64,000 nucleotides of DNA from Promethearchaeati archaeon (GTDB taxonomy: Archaea > Asgardarchaeota > Heimdallarchaeia > Heimdallarchaeales > Heimdallarchaeaceae). The notes beneath the pieces are model-generated. The model searched no databases. It was given only the letters and a program-made list of their open reading frames with translations, and had not been told where the DNA came from. Positions 10,701 to 20,474 of this stretch are shown here, one piece after another. Numbering within the stretch: position 1 is the first letter of the stretch; every line of letters begins with the position of its first letter. The DNA lies in contig JABLTJ010000004.1 of assembly GCA_013166775.1 (NCBI GenBank), positions 105,834 through 169,833 of the forward strand, written 5' to 3'. Position numbers and translations under genes: made by a program.

Positions 10701-13700
10701 TCCTTATTCTGTTCTAAAACAGTGACTAAATCAACAACTGTGTTGACATTAGAGACACTAACCTTCTTTGAGAATAACTCACCTGGATTGTCATTTTCAA
10801 GATATTGTGAGAGTGGTATATAATCGCTTTTAACAGCTGTTTTGTTCGCAGAAAATAGTTTCATGAATCCTATGATTTTATTCTTTTCAGCTTGAGTACT
10901 TGAGGAAATGAGTTCTTGTACTGTTGTTATTCCAGTTTCAAAATAATCTCTTTTGATATCTGAAAGGGTATGTTCTGATATACTTGGATAATACAGGATT
11001 GAGGTTGCTAGAGCTGATCTTGTTTTATTTCGTATTTGTTGTATTTTCTTCTCTGAAACAAGCCAGTCATAAATGGAGTTTCCTGCAAGTTCATCTAGAG
11101 AATAAATTCCTATCGATTTTAAGAAATTTCTATCTGCTGTTGATAAGAAAAAGAATTCATCAGCAATCTTTTCAGCTATTGTATCAAGCTTTTGGATTAT
11201 ATTATCTATTTTAAAACTATCAATCTGATTTTGTATATCAGAAACTTTTGTCTTTGTCGTTGCTGCAACTATACTAGGGGACATAAAGAATAAATCTGCT
11301 ATAATTGTAAAATCAGCTTTTTTCCATTTATCTAGAATTTTTGGATCAACTTCTAGATATTTTAGATTTGCTAGAAGATAAGGAGCAAATTTAGTATAAA
11401 TCTCTTCATCTTCCTTAAATGAAGGAGAGGTTATAAGAGCCTTATATGACGAAAATCCTTTCTGCTGTAGAAAAACTTCCAACTCAGAGAGAGGTTCGAC
11501 GAATCCAGATTCTCTTATACTTTTGATCAATGAGAGAGAATCCAGAATTTCCTCTTGAATATTCTTGGGAAGTTTCTTTATGAAAATAAGATGCTCAATG
11601 ATTGTAGTTAGTCCTAGGTCATAACAAAAATCAATGGATTCTTGTGTAATAGTGGACAAGTAACTAATGTTATATGACAGTTTATCTCTCAAAGCATTAA
11701 TGTCATTTGATTTCAATCGTGTATTTTTCACAATATATTCAATAGGGATGAAATACAAGTGCTCGATTGTAGAAACACCTATTTGAAGGAGTGGAGTGGT
11801 TAATTTAGCTGACAAGCTTAATTTCTCTAATCCTATTCCCTGTTTCTTTATATTTTTAAAGAGCTTAACTAGATAATTTGGATCTTCTTTTTGATTATCA
11901 ATTAGCTTATGCAAGCTAGGAGACCAGTTCTTTGGAGGGATTTCCAACAAGTTTGTGTAGGTTATAACACTGTTGCTTAGCAAATCCTTAATCTCAGTAT
12001 GTTTGAATTTTAGAGTCTTTCCGATTAGAGTAATTGGTGTTAAGAGATAAGAAGTAAGTTTCACTATTTTGTTACGTTCTTCATTTGAGAAAGGTAATAA
12101 ATCTAGATTCAGTTTCGATGCTTGAATAAGCGAAACACAACCATAATCAGCTAAGATTTTTCTTGTATCTTGAGATATTTCAGGAAATAGGCTTAAATCC
12201 ATTCCAGTTTGTTTAACATTTTGCTCCAGAAGTTTTATATCTTGAGTTGTTTTGTTTCGAGTAACCTGCTCTTCTGGAATCTTTGTAATTGCGGAGAGTA
12301 GAGGTGTAGGAACCAATAGGAATTGGTAAAGATTCCTTATACCATGTCCCTTAATTTTATCAATTTGCTTTGTTGAAAGATTATCGACTGAAGACAAGGG
12401 AAGGCTTTTCAGAGAGAGAATCAAGGGATAAACCTCAGCTAGTAAGCTTTCATTTTCAACAATCTTGCTATCTAGTGAGAGTAGTTCATCTAAAAAGATA
12501 ATTTTTTCATCTTTTAGTTTCTTTAGAATAGATGGATCAGTTATTATTTTTGTATCTTCAAGTTTAATTGCCCAATCTGGTGGACTGAATTGAATAATAC
12601 TGCTATTCAGAAATTCAGTAGTCTTCGAATACAAACTTTGATATTGTTCATTTTGAGATAAAAGTAATAATCCTGAGATTATATTTATTCCACCTATTTG
12701 AGCAAGAGACAGCAATTGTTTAACACTTAAGGACAAGTCAGAAGTAAGCCAAGAGATTGGTTTAAACATATTTGAAGTTGCAATTCTTATGATTGATTTC
12801 TCAAGATCATCTAGCTCAAAAACTGGATGAGGGATGAAATCAATTATCAATAATGCGCTTGATAATCCATATTTCATAAATTGTTTTTCTGCTTTGTTTG
12901 GGAATGACAAAGAATGATCTATAAACTGTGAAAATGTTTCAGACATTTTCTTACTTAATTCAAATTCTCTCTTAAAATTCCTTATTTCTGATGTTGTTTC
13001 TTTTGAAACACCGGTTAATTCACTTAAGTTAAGTGAGAGAAGTTCTATAACATGTTTGATCCCTTTGTTCCACAAAACTGATTTTGTAGGAATACTAATG
13101 CCAGGGATGGATAATACATTCAAACATAAGAAACTGACGAGCTGTTCGATGAATGCGATGCTTGAGGTTTTTACAATCTTATCTGATTCTGTTAGTTGCA
13201 TTAAAGCCTCAGGTATGAACCCAAATAAGTCCTCTGCAGCTTTTTTAGTTGGATCAAATTCCAAGGATTTTAGTAATTGAATTATAGGTTCATTTAGCTT
13301 TAATTGAGCACCTTTAGAGAGAGTAAAAGCTCCTTTCCTAATCTTACTTATTTCTTTGGGAACAGAACCCTCGAATGCACTTTTAAGATCTTTATCTGAG
13401 CTATTGAATAGATCTATAAGTCTAAGAATTCCTTCTCCTATCAATCTTAGTTTATCCTCTGATGAAAGCTCTTTGATTCTATAAACAGAGATATGACATC
13501 CATTGAGAAATTCTCTCATGTAATCTCCTGAAACACTTATAGAGGGATAAGCTTGATAATTCAAACTATACAAATCTTGTACATATTCTTTTCCAGTTCT
13601 AAGTAATGAAGCAATCTTTCCTTTTGATAATACACTGAATTCTTCGAGTTTTACTCCTTTTCTGTTGACCTCTTTCATTAGGTTTTCAGGCGTTATTCGC

Positions 13701-16700
13701 TCTAAAAATCGCTGGACTTTCTTTTCACTCATTTTTAGAAGAAGAGCAATTGTAGATACATCTTCAGTTATAAATGAGAGAATATCCCCGACTCCTGAAT
13801 AAATTAGCTTGCGAACTTGGTTATTATCCAAGCCTATGAATGCAACAGAAGCTCGGTATAGTTGAACTTCTCTGAAGATGTCAAGTTTCACTAAAGCAGG
13901 ACGCGACTCTCTAATTTCTTCCATGCGGGAAATAAAGTCCTGGATTGAGTTTATTCCAATATCATTCAGTTTCTCCAGATAATCTTCCTCTATAGAGGGG
14001 CAAACAGAAAGAGGAATTGCAGAACTTATACGTCTTTCAGCAAGTTCATCAAAAGAGATAAGATCTAATGCATGAAACTCTTGATAAATTGGATTTTGAG
14101 TGATCTGATGTAACTCGTCTTTATTTACTAATGCAAGATCAATTACTGAATTTATCTCATGAAATTCTAATCGTTTCAATTCATCATATGAAAGAAATCC
14201 AATGAATCTTATAGATCCAGAAAGAAGCTCCTTTGCTTTCTTGTATTCTTCTATTGAAAGAATTTCAGAGATACCCATAATGCTTGCAGAATAAAAGAAT
14301 GATTCAATATCGGAAACACCTATGTCTTTCAGATCTTCTATCTTCTTTTCTGACAAGTACTCTGAAGGTCTTATTATATGAGCTTGAGATAAGCGGAAAG
14401 CAACTATATCGGAATAGGTTAATGCATCTTTTATTTCTCTTATTTCTTTTTGAGAATTACCAGTTATCTCAGAAATTTGTTTTACTGGAATTGAAAAGAA
14501 ATCAATTAAAGTATTAACTGAGGATTTACTTAACTTGAGAGCAATTGATCTAGGTAATCCCATAGAAGCAATAGGAATTGCAAGCTCCATGATTAACCTG
14601 TCTAACGAATCATCTTCTAATAAACGAGTATAAAATGGTTGAAGAGCAGAATGTTCTTCAAAATCAATTTCGAAAACATCTCCAATTATTACGTTTTTGT
14701 ATTCTTCTCGTCTTGCTTTTCTAATTCGAGTAAAGAACGGTGTGATTCTTAGAGGAAGCTCCAAAATTGATCGAATTAGGGTTAAATTATAATTCTCTGT
14801 TAGATATTGTTGATCCTTCCCCATTAGGTCTTTTATAACCTTATTATCGGTAATTACATCAAATAATGTCTTATTCTCTATATCTTGAACTACTTTCTTG
14901 AAATAAGATGAATTATAAACAGTAGCAGGGAGATTCGCAAAATAATGAAATGCCTGCATTATAATGATTTTTGAAGAATATGTTGATACAACACGGAACA
15001 GAACAGGATCTGTAAGATCTGCATCAGGAATGAAAAGCAATTGGTAAACATAATTGATGTTATTTTGCTCAAGAATCTCCATAGAAAACTCTGAAATCTC
15101 TGTGAAAATCTTTAATGGTAGTGTTAGATACTTCTGAACTGCAGAGATTTTTTTCCATATTTCTGGATTGGAATAATAGTATTGCTCCTCTGTTGAGTAA
15201 TATAGTTCTTGGATTGTTTGAAAACGCTCAAATTGAAATATTGAATCTCTACTTAATACTCTTTGCTCATGCTTATCAAATAGTTGTGTTTCAAAGGCAA
15301 AAATACCTTTGTTTTCATAGAGAGCTTGAATGCTAGATGTTGTCAAAGTTGTTATAATTTCCTTAACCTCTTCTGGTTGAGCTTTTATTAATTTACTAGT
15401 TTTTTGAGCTGGAGCCATAATGAATTCTGCAATAGTTTGAATTCCATTTTCTCTAAGAATTTCAGTATTGGTAAAGGATATAGATGGTAAGAAATAAACT
15501 GGTAATGAGAAGTAACCAAAGATATCGGATAAATCTAAAGCATTCTTTATGGTTTCAAATCTTTCATCCGCAATTCCTGTCTTTTCCATAAGTGCTTCAG
15601 GTGAGGATAACATGAATCCAAGTAGAGTGGAAATACTAGCTTTTCTTAGTATTTCGATAATCTCTGGATCTAACATATCTGATATATGATTGAGTGGAAG
15701 GTTCAAGATTGCTTTAAAAGATTCAATAACATACCAAGGTAGAGAATCTATTGTCCATTTGTCCTTTGAAGTTGAGAAGTACAGATCCTCAATTGTGACT
15801 ATATTATGTATATCTAATTCTCTTACAATCCTAGGTTCTAAAATTCCAAGTTCTGATAGATCTATTCCAGTATCACTTATTCGTACATTCTTTTGCAGTG
15901 ATCTAGCTTCTTCGATTTCAATACCTAGATACTCAATTAAATCTGAGGGTTGACTAACCAGTAAATCGATAATTTTTGTTATTCCATGATTACGAAGGGT
16001 GTTCAATTGTTGAGTAGATAGAGTAGAAACTAGTATATCATCTATATAACTATCTTCTTCTGTTTCCTCATCTTTTACTGCTCTCTTAATCTCTTGTTCC
16101 CAAGTCACTAAGGTTAATGGAGAACGTAGAAGTTTCCTAAATTTTTCTATCACATTCCAATTAACAAAAGCTGATGAAAATGTGAGAGGGTTTGCAAGAT
16201 AGAAGATTTTGTCTATGGTATCGTATCCAGATAGAATTAAAGAAACAATCTCAGGAGAGGAGAATCTCTCAGACTCTTCAAATTCAAATGAAATTAAGGA
16301 CTCATATTTATTCCCTTTTTTCTCAAAGAAGAAGGTTCCTTGTTTTAGAATTGAAAAATTCTCAAATAGTTGTGTTACATTTTCCTCTTCTTTTCCAAGA
16401 ATGGATGCTAATTCTGCAACAGTAAAATCAAAGATTTGATGGATGGCTATTATTCCATAATTTCTCAATTTATCATAATCATCCAAAGTGAGACCACTAA
16501 TTCTTGATATCGGAAGAGCTAGACTTCGTAGAAACTCATCATACTCGCTAATAAGAACTATTTGTTTATTAAATTCACTCTCTTCATCGATATCTCTTGT
16601 TTTAATTTTATTGTATAAATTCAAAGCTAACTTTCTTTCTTTTGTTGAACTAAGTTCTGACTCAATTATCTCAGGAAGCAAATCTAAAAACTGTCTGATT

Positions 16701-19700
16701 GTTACAATATTTCTTAATTTTAACTTTAGTAATGTATTTTTTAGTTCAGGATGCTCTTTGAACTTACTAGAATATATTTGAGTAAGCTCGATTAATTCAA
16801 GATTAGAAAGTTTGTTCAGACTCTCAAAATTCTTCCAAAAATCTTGAGTTAATGATGGTTTTTCAGTAGGGTAGACACTGAAAAGATCCTGCAAATTAAG
16901 GTTAAATTGATCAAAATAACTAATGAATTTTGGAAAGATTTTCTTAAATATTTCAATATCTTTTCCAAAAGTAGCTCTGTTTTTATTAATTTCTTCTGCT
17001 GAAACAGTCTTCTTGAATTCTTCTATTTTTATTTCCGATAGATTTAGAATTTCTGCTAATTCACTGTTAGACCATAGTGTGAAACGACCTATGCAGTTTA
17101 TACCCACATCATATAACAGATTAGAATTCTTACGAAGAGAGGGAAAAGCAAAAATCAGAGGAGTTCGGAGGAATGTTGAGATTTCTATATATTTTTTCTT
17201 GTTTTCTGATGATAAAGAATAGGCTTCTGGAGGATTATAAAACAGCTCTTCTAAGGTAACAATTCCTTCTGTTTTAAAGAATTCAGGTTCATCAATCCAA
17301 GAGGGTATAGGTACCCCCAGTTTCTTCTTAATCCACTCAATATCTTTTTTACGTAAACCAACTTTACGTAATTGGGGAGAAGGATAAGCTAAGAAAGAAG
17401 AGGTTGTAAAAATTTGAAGAGCAGTCAAGTCTCTTTCAATATCTTGAGGTATGATTTTTATGTGAGAGAGATCTTTATCCTGTTTGGTCTCCCTAATATG
17501 AGATAAGAGTTTATATTTAGATTCTTTAAGTAAGAAATCGCGAAGCGATGCAAATTTCTTGTTATGAATTGAATTTACTGGTAAATAAATTAAATCCAAT
17601 AAAGTTGAGATCTTGTTTGTAGCTAGAATCTTCTTGACTTCTGATTCTTCTTGGTTTAAACTTTCATCTGTTGTAAATTGTAACTTTGATAAAGAAATAG
17701 ACTTCGAAGAAGAAGAAAGGATATCCATATAAGATGCATAGAGTTTTCGTTCAAGTTCTTTGATTACTATTAGTTCATCAAGATTAGTATTCAGAAAATT
17801 CTCGATTGTTTTTATTTTTCTCCTGTGGAAAGCGTTCTTAGTATATGCATCCGTCCAATCAGGAGTCATTTTAGTAATATTTGTTTTAGCAAAATCTGGG
17901 AATTTATCACATAATTGGGAATAAACATTCTGCATATAATTTACTAATATTGCAGTAATTTCTGCTTGATAATTTATAGTAGTAGGTAGTTTAGTTTGAA
18001 AGAGAAACTCCTCGATAGTTGTTTCTTGAGCGATTAAACCCTTAGAATTATCCTTTAGGTAATCAAACGATGGGAATAAAGTCTGTATTTTTAGGTCTGT
18101 TGTTTTAGTCAAGGAAGCTATTAGTTGCTTACCTTCGGAGGAAATTGCAGCACCATTTTTCTTATTCCTATTGAGTAAAAACTGATGTAACAAATCTTCC
18201 CTCATATTTTCAAAAAGCTTCTCTGGTAAACCCGCAACTGATTGAAGTTTATAAAAATCAGTAGCAAAGTAATGATAACTATTTTGTATCCAACGTCTAT
18301 ACAAAGAGTCCTTTAAAGAATCAAATGATTTTCCATTGTCTGAAATAAATCTTTTTTCTATGGTTCTACTCACAAAGATTTTAGGATCAAATCCTGGACT
18401 CATACCTTCCCTATCTAGTTCTGATATTGTTCTCAATTTTATGTTGTAAATATCCTCTTCAGAGAGCGATAGAAGAGTTACAAGTTCTTTTGAAGGGGTA
18501 ATAAGAAAATCTGCAACAGACTCAATTTCTTTTGATTTCAAAGCTGATTGTATTCTTGAAGGACACCATACATTGGCTCCAAAAAGTCTTTTTCCTAAAG
18601 GCATGAAGAGTTTGACTTTTTTCGTTGCTCCATGAGCAAGCGCTGCTGCAATTCGATCTGTTTCCAACCTGAAATCAGTATAGCTTAGATCTTCATCTTC
18701 CAATATTTTTGTTAGATTCTCAACAATTATTGGAGCTGATCTAACAAAACGAGATAATCTTGCATGTTCTCTTCGTTTTCTTTTTGCTCTACTAAGAAAG
18801 GTCTTTAATCTTCTTCCTAATTGCATTAGAGCTAATCTAATTTCTTCCTCAATCTCTGGAACAATAGATACATATTCCTTGCTAGTTTCTGGGAAGGGTA
18901 TTTTTGTACTAACTAATGAAACAGCAATTGCTAATGGATCAGATTGTCTAGTAAGACCATAATCACTCCACCTTATTGAAGAGACAACATGTGTAATAAC
19001 ATCGTTCCCAGCACCAAAAACAAGAGGGATTCGATTAGCATAACGATATATTATCTTATTATCTGTTACTGTCGCACCTTTTACTTGTGATGCTTCAGCT
19101 ACTCCTCCACCATATCCTAATGCTGCTTCAATAACAAATGGATGTCCAGAGTAAGCTTTTGGAGCTCGAGTGATAGCTTCTACGAATTTTGGCTGTAATT
19201 CTTTTTCCAAACCTTTCCTTAATCGGTTTGATCCTAGAGGTGAAAGAGCTGTTCCTCTTGGGGCATCAAACTGGAAAATTCTATCTCTTTTTCTCTTTAC
19301 ATCTTTAGCTTCTTGATATGCTTTCACGAATCCTTCATGAACAATTCTTCGAATCTCATGAGATGTGATATCTTTTGGGGATTTGTTTGGATCTATCTCT
19401 AGGAGCTGGAAGAAATGCTCTGCTATTTCCTCATTCACTCCCATAAATTGTGTGGCTAGAAATTCCTTCAATTTCTTGCTTCTAGTCACTGCTAATTCAG
19501 CTTTAAACTGTGTAATATCACACCCCCAAGGATGAATTTTCACTGGTTGAGGAGGTGGAGGCATATCATCGACAACACTCTCATAGTCCAACTCCTCTGT
19601 TTCTCCTTCCTTGTCACCTGGTAATCTAACTTTGAAGCTTGAGTAAGGAGTAATAATTGCTAACTGTTTGAAATACTCCTTCACACTATTTTTCGCTAAT

Positions 19701-20305
19701 CTCCAAGCACCTGTAAATGTAATTGAAATTTCCAAACCTGGTTCTTCCAAATAATTAGGATCTCCTGGAAGATATTCATGCTGTTCCATAATAATTGGTT
19801 CATTCTTTTCCAGGTTAATCATCAAGTGCATTTCATGGGTTATATCGTCCATGAAATACCTACTACGAATCTTAGCGGGGAGATCTACAGAAGACATTGA
19901 ATAAAGCAAACACATTTTTGCTCCTAAACCGAATCTTCCACGTGTCTGAATAACACCATATTTAGTTCCTGTTAAAACTCTCCCAAATAGATCTGCAATC
20001 TCATTACCAGGAACTCCAACACCATTATCTCTGCATGATAATTGAAGAAAATCTAAATGCTTTTCCAGTTTCTTGTATTGTGTTACATCCAATAGCTCAT
20101 TAATTTCTCTACTGGATAATTTTCTTAAATCAATAGAAATAATTGGACTAGTTCCTCTCTTTTCTGCTGAATCCAAGCCATTTTCAACTAATTCTCTTAT
20201 GCTAGTAAAGACTGCTCTCATAGAATTTCCAAAGCCTGCAATAGCTCTATTCTCATTAAAAAAAGCTGCTGCAGACATCTTCTTTGTGATAGAATTTTCA
20301 GACAC
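7793..20305 (-). CDS. top6B: Giant DNA topoisomerase VI subunit B fused to a ~3500-aa array of HhH-like repeats
   Basis: First ~560 aa carry GHKL motifs (RELVENGLDS, DNGVG, TRGRFGLG), an H2TH region and the transducer (RYANRIPL, KIPFPETSKE). The rest is tandem L..xGI.TI.DL repeats ending in a basic tail. One uninterrupted 4170-aa frame with a GTG start. Confidence 0.93.
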   Translation of the reverse strand: MSENSITKKMSAAAFFNENRAIAGFGNSMRAVFTSIRELVENGLDSAEKRGTSPIISIDLRKLSSREINELLDVTQYKKLEKHLDFLQLSCRDNGVGVPGNEIADLFGRVLTGTKYGVIQTRGRFGLGAKMCLLYSMSSVDLPAKIRSRYFMDDITHEMHLMINLEKNEPIIMEQHEYLPGDPNYLEEPGLEISITFTGAWRLAKNSVKEYFKQLAIITPYSSFKVRLPGDKEGETEELDYESVVDDMPPPPQPVKIHPWGCDITQFKAELAVTRSKKLKEFLATQFMGVNEEIAEHFFQLLEIDPNKSPKDITSHEIRRIVHEGFVKAYQEAKDVKRKRDRIFQFDAPRGTALSPLGSNRLRKGLEKELQPKFVEAITRAPKAYSGHPFVIEAALGYGGGVAEASQVKGATVTDNKIIYRYANRIPLVFGAGNDVITHVVSSIRWSDYGLTRQSDPLAIAVSLVSTKIPFPETSKEYVSIVPEIEEEIRLALMQLGRRLKTFLSRAKRKRREHARLSRFVRSAPIIVENLTKILEDEDLSYTDFRLETDRIAAALAHGATKKVKLFMPLGKRLFGANVWCPSRIQSALKSKEIESVADFLITPSKELVTLLSLSEEDIYNIKLRTISELDREGMSPGFDPKIFVSRTIEKRFISDNGKSFDSLKDSLYRRWIQNSYHYFATDFYKLQSVAGLPEKLFENMREDLLHQFLLNRNKKNGAAISSEGKQLIASLTKTTDLKIQTLFPSFDYLKDNSKGLIAQETTIEEFLFQTKLPTTINYQAEITAILVNYMQNVYSQLCDKFPDFAKTNITKMTPDWTDAYTKNAFHRRKIKTIENFLNTNLDELIVIKELERKLYASYMDILSSSSKSISLSKLQFTTDESLNQEESEVKKILATNKISTLLDLIYLPVNSIHNKKFASLRDFLLKESKYKLLSHIRETKQDKDLSHIKIIPQDIERDLTALQIFTTSSFLAYPSPQLRKVGLRKKDIEWIKKKLGVPIPSWIDEPEFFKTEGIVTLEELFYNPPEAYSLSSENKKKYIEISTFLRTPLIFAFPSLRKNSNLLYDVGINCIGRFTLWSNSELAEILNLSEIKIEEFKKTVSAEEINKNRATFGKDIEIFKKIFPKFISYFDQFNLNLQDLFSVYPTEKPSLTQDFWKNFESLNKLSNLELIELTQIYSSKFKEHPELKNTLLKLKLRNIVTIRQFLDLLPEIIESELSSTKERKLALNLYNKIKTRDIDEESEFNKQIVLISEYDEFLRSLALPISRISGLTLDDYDKLRNYGIIAIHQIFDFTVAELASILGKEEENVTQLFENFSILKQGTFFFEKKGNKYESLISFEFEESERFSSPEIVSLILSGYDTIDKIFYLANPLTFSSAFVNWNVIEKFRKLLRSPLTLVTWEQEIKRAVKDEETEEDSYIDDILVSTLSTQQLNTLRNHGITKIIDLLVSQPSDLIEYLGIEIEEARSLQKNVRISDTGIDLSELGILEPRIVRELDIHNIVTIEDLYFSTSKDKWTIDSLPWYVIESFKAILNLPLNHISDMLDPEIIEILRKASISTLLGFMLSSPEALMEKTGIADERFETIKNALDLSDIFGYFSLPVYFLPSISFTNTEILRENGIQTIAEFIMAPAQKTSKLIKAQPEEVKEIITTLTTSSIQALYENKGIFAFETQLFDKHEQRVLSRDSIFQFERFQTIQELYYSTEEQYYYSNPEIWKKISAVQKYLTLPLKIFTEISEFSMEILEQNNINYVYQLLFIPDADLTDPVLFRVVSTYSSKIIIMQAFHYFANLPATVYNSSYFKKVVQDIENKTLFDVITDNKVIKDLMGKDQQYLTENYNLTLIRSILELPLRITPFFTRIRKARREEYKNVIIGDVFEIDFEEHSALQPFYTRLLEDDSLDRLIMELAIPIASMGLPRSIALKLSKSSVNTLIDFFSIPVKQISEITGNSQKEIREIKDALTYSDIVAFRLSQAHIIRPSEYLSEKKIEDLKDIGVSDIESFFYSASIMGISEILSIEEYKKAKELLSGSIRFIGFLSYDELKRLEFHEINSVIDLALVNKDELHQITQNPIYQEFHALDLISFDELAERRISSAIPLSVCPSIEEDYLEKLNDIGINSIQDFISRMEEIRESRPALVKLDIFREVQLYRASVAFIGLDNNQVRKLIYSGVGDILSFITEDVSTIALLLKMSEKKVQRFLERITPENLMKEVNRKGVKLEEFSVLSKGKIASLLRTGKEYVQDLYSLNYQAYPSISVSGDYMREFLNGCHISVYRIKELSSEDKLRLIGEGILRLIDLFNSSDKDLKSAFEGSVPKEISKIRKGAFTLSKGAQLKLNEPIIQLLKSLEFDPTKKAAEDLFGFIPEALMQLTESDKIVKTSSIAFIEQLVSFLCLNVLSIPGISIPTKSVLWNKGIKHVIELLSLNLSELTGVSKETTSEIRNFKREFELSKKMSETFSQFIDHSLSFPNKAEKQFMKYGLSSALLIIDFIPHPVFELDDLEKSIIRIATSNMFKPISWLTSDLSLSVKQLLSLAQIGGINIISGLLLLSQNEQYQSLYSKTTEFLNSSIIQFSPPDWAIKLEDTKIITDPSILKKLKDEKIIFLDELLSLDSKIVENESLLAEVYPLILSLKSLPLSSVDNLSTKQIDKIKGHGIRNLYQFLLVPTPLLSAITKIPEEQVTRNKTTQDIKLLEQNVKQTGMDLSLFPEISQDTRKILADYGCVSLIQASKLNLDLLPFSNEERNKIVKLTSYLLTPITLIGKTLKFKHTEIKDLLSNSVITYTNLLEIPPKNWSPSLHKLIDNQKEDPNYLVKLFKNIKKQGIGLEKLSLSAKLTTPLLQIGVSTIEHLYFIPIEYIVKNTRLKSNDINALRDKLSYNISYLSTITQESIDFCYDLGLTTIIEHLIFIKKLPKNIQEEILDSLSLIKSIRESGFVEPLSELEVFLQQKGFSSYKALITSPSFKEDEEIYTKFAPYLLANLKYLEVDPKILDKWKKADFTIIADLFFMSPSIVAATTKTKVSDIQNQIDSFKIDNIIQKLDTIAEKIADEFFFLSTADRNFLKSIGIYSLDELAGNSIYDWLVSEKKIQQIRNKTRSALATSILYYPSISEHTLSDIKRDYFETGITTVQELISSSTQAEKNKIIGFMKLFSANKTAVKSDYIPLSQYLENDNPGELFSKKVSVSNVNTVVDLVTVLEQNKDSLSILGHKINQSFQNPVSSLSFLSKSDTENLALKGVFTVGELIIKPGSFWTNLTPASFKEAIITSLTSLSYKKIETDVSKKVQLSKIKIFDAETKKETLKHYSTMDDLIYSLKQENYPISRALGNKIQRRLNTPIQLLLFPNVTIKSWQRLLQSIKTIEDLYLLTNKELSSILSLKQTEVEKLRYSLTEGNIGHHPIIKENKLFSKKDIDILKQKDIKTYVDLFEKKVKLEKVPNYILDKIKIFKQLNLKDFDSTSEFSLSILDLAYLAPSIDKMTMEKKQRDSISTVINFIFSKGLPLSQILNLESKDQKLEMSDSTIEYLLLLEKHKTAIYDQTKSHLHSKISKRFKELVPFLSRSPILLAPTRNSIDQVAKLPYRNIRELLLEDSIKIKKQISETTFLRNLRNISISLLNDLEKELTNLPSELLSGSNISQLESNTIYSIEEAIIFNRQSSAKTSSLWKLTETVCSMVETELLSLPPIRQSKNIQKLVSELKLVNIYDLLLYCKSTTPESDKLSCANLLPKLSSTKVERMLDDEQKRLSSFIRGSELAPFLRKQKIRSFGTLIKHLENTEIADYEPELVELVIALRAPINLFVNQERLISKLEVAGIVQVIDFIVVPDVRKVVKMSLTEQEQTIVQKLQSSLSLLSIKDALVNKSYPVDKIGLFDKNTKKLLKISGYTTIAHLKASEELIASTSRLNKLQISRIQKLLETPIYYLTDMIKINAQSVFLLHSKNINNLWDLFATLVQQLSKIITLPVKDLRSLYASLNPESLKQAEKDQVEIRKTLPHITEGNIAQLKGSSITTLQALLMPDTEMKNSTSLKDPNVKKLIGILEQPIGTLEIKPEVIKQIKQLGITTIKDFVVYPAAQLDEKTDLSYMAIKSLKSRLPPKKVKVIKKTSTSKPVTKKATPKKAGSTSVKPKTSVTTKSADRKSAKARQTTLLDMTKSNKNTTTVKKSSNTQKKEGN
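8040..18560 (-). repeat. Protein-level tandem repeat of ~55-60-aa helical units (RadA/Rad51 N-terminal or RNAP alpha-CTD-like HhH)
   Basis: Examples: LRNYGIIAIHQIFDFTVAELASILG, LRNHGITKIIDLLVSQPSDLIEYLGI, LRENGIQTIAEFIMAP, IKQLGITTIKDFVVYPAAQL. No exact DNA repeat seen; boundaries approximate. Confidence 0.8.
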
Positions 20306-20474
20306 GTTGTCTACCCCACTTTATAACTCATATTTAACTTTCTATTATATTACATTAATTATAGTCTTACACGAGTATATAGTTTACAGAATCAGATATC
20401 TATATTTAAAGTTAAATTTTACCGGCAAAAATTGTTAAAATTAAGAAAATGGAAAAAGAAAAGAAGGAGAGGTG

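Noticed and set aside
8040-18560. Possibility that the Top6B extension is an intein or a collapsed-repeat assembly artefact
   Set aside because: It is C-terminal, not inserted; no intein splice or LAGLIDADG motifs were seen; the repeats are highly diverged at DNA level.
7815-20438. Many short plus-strand ORFs opposite top6B, and similar antisense ORFs over other long genes
   Set aside because: They are shadow frames of well-supported genes and have no motifs of their own.
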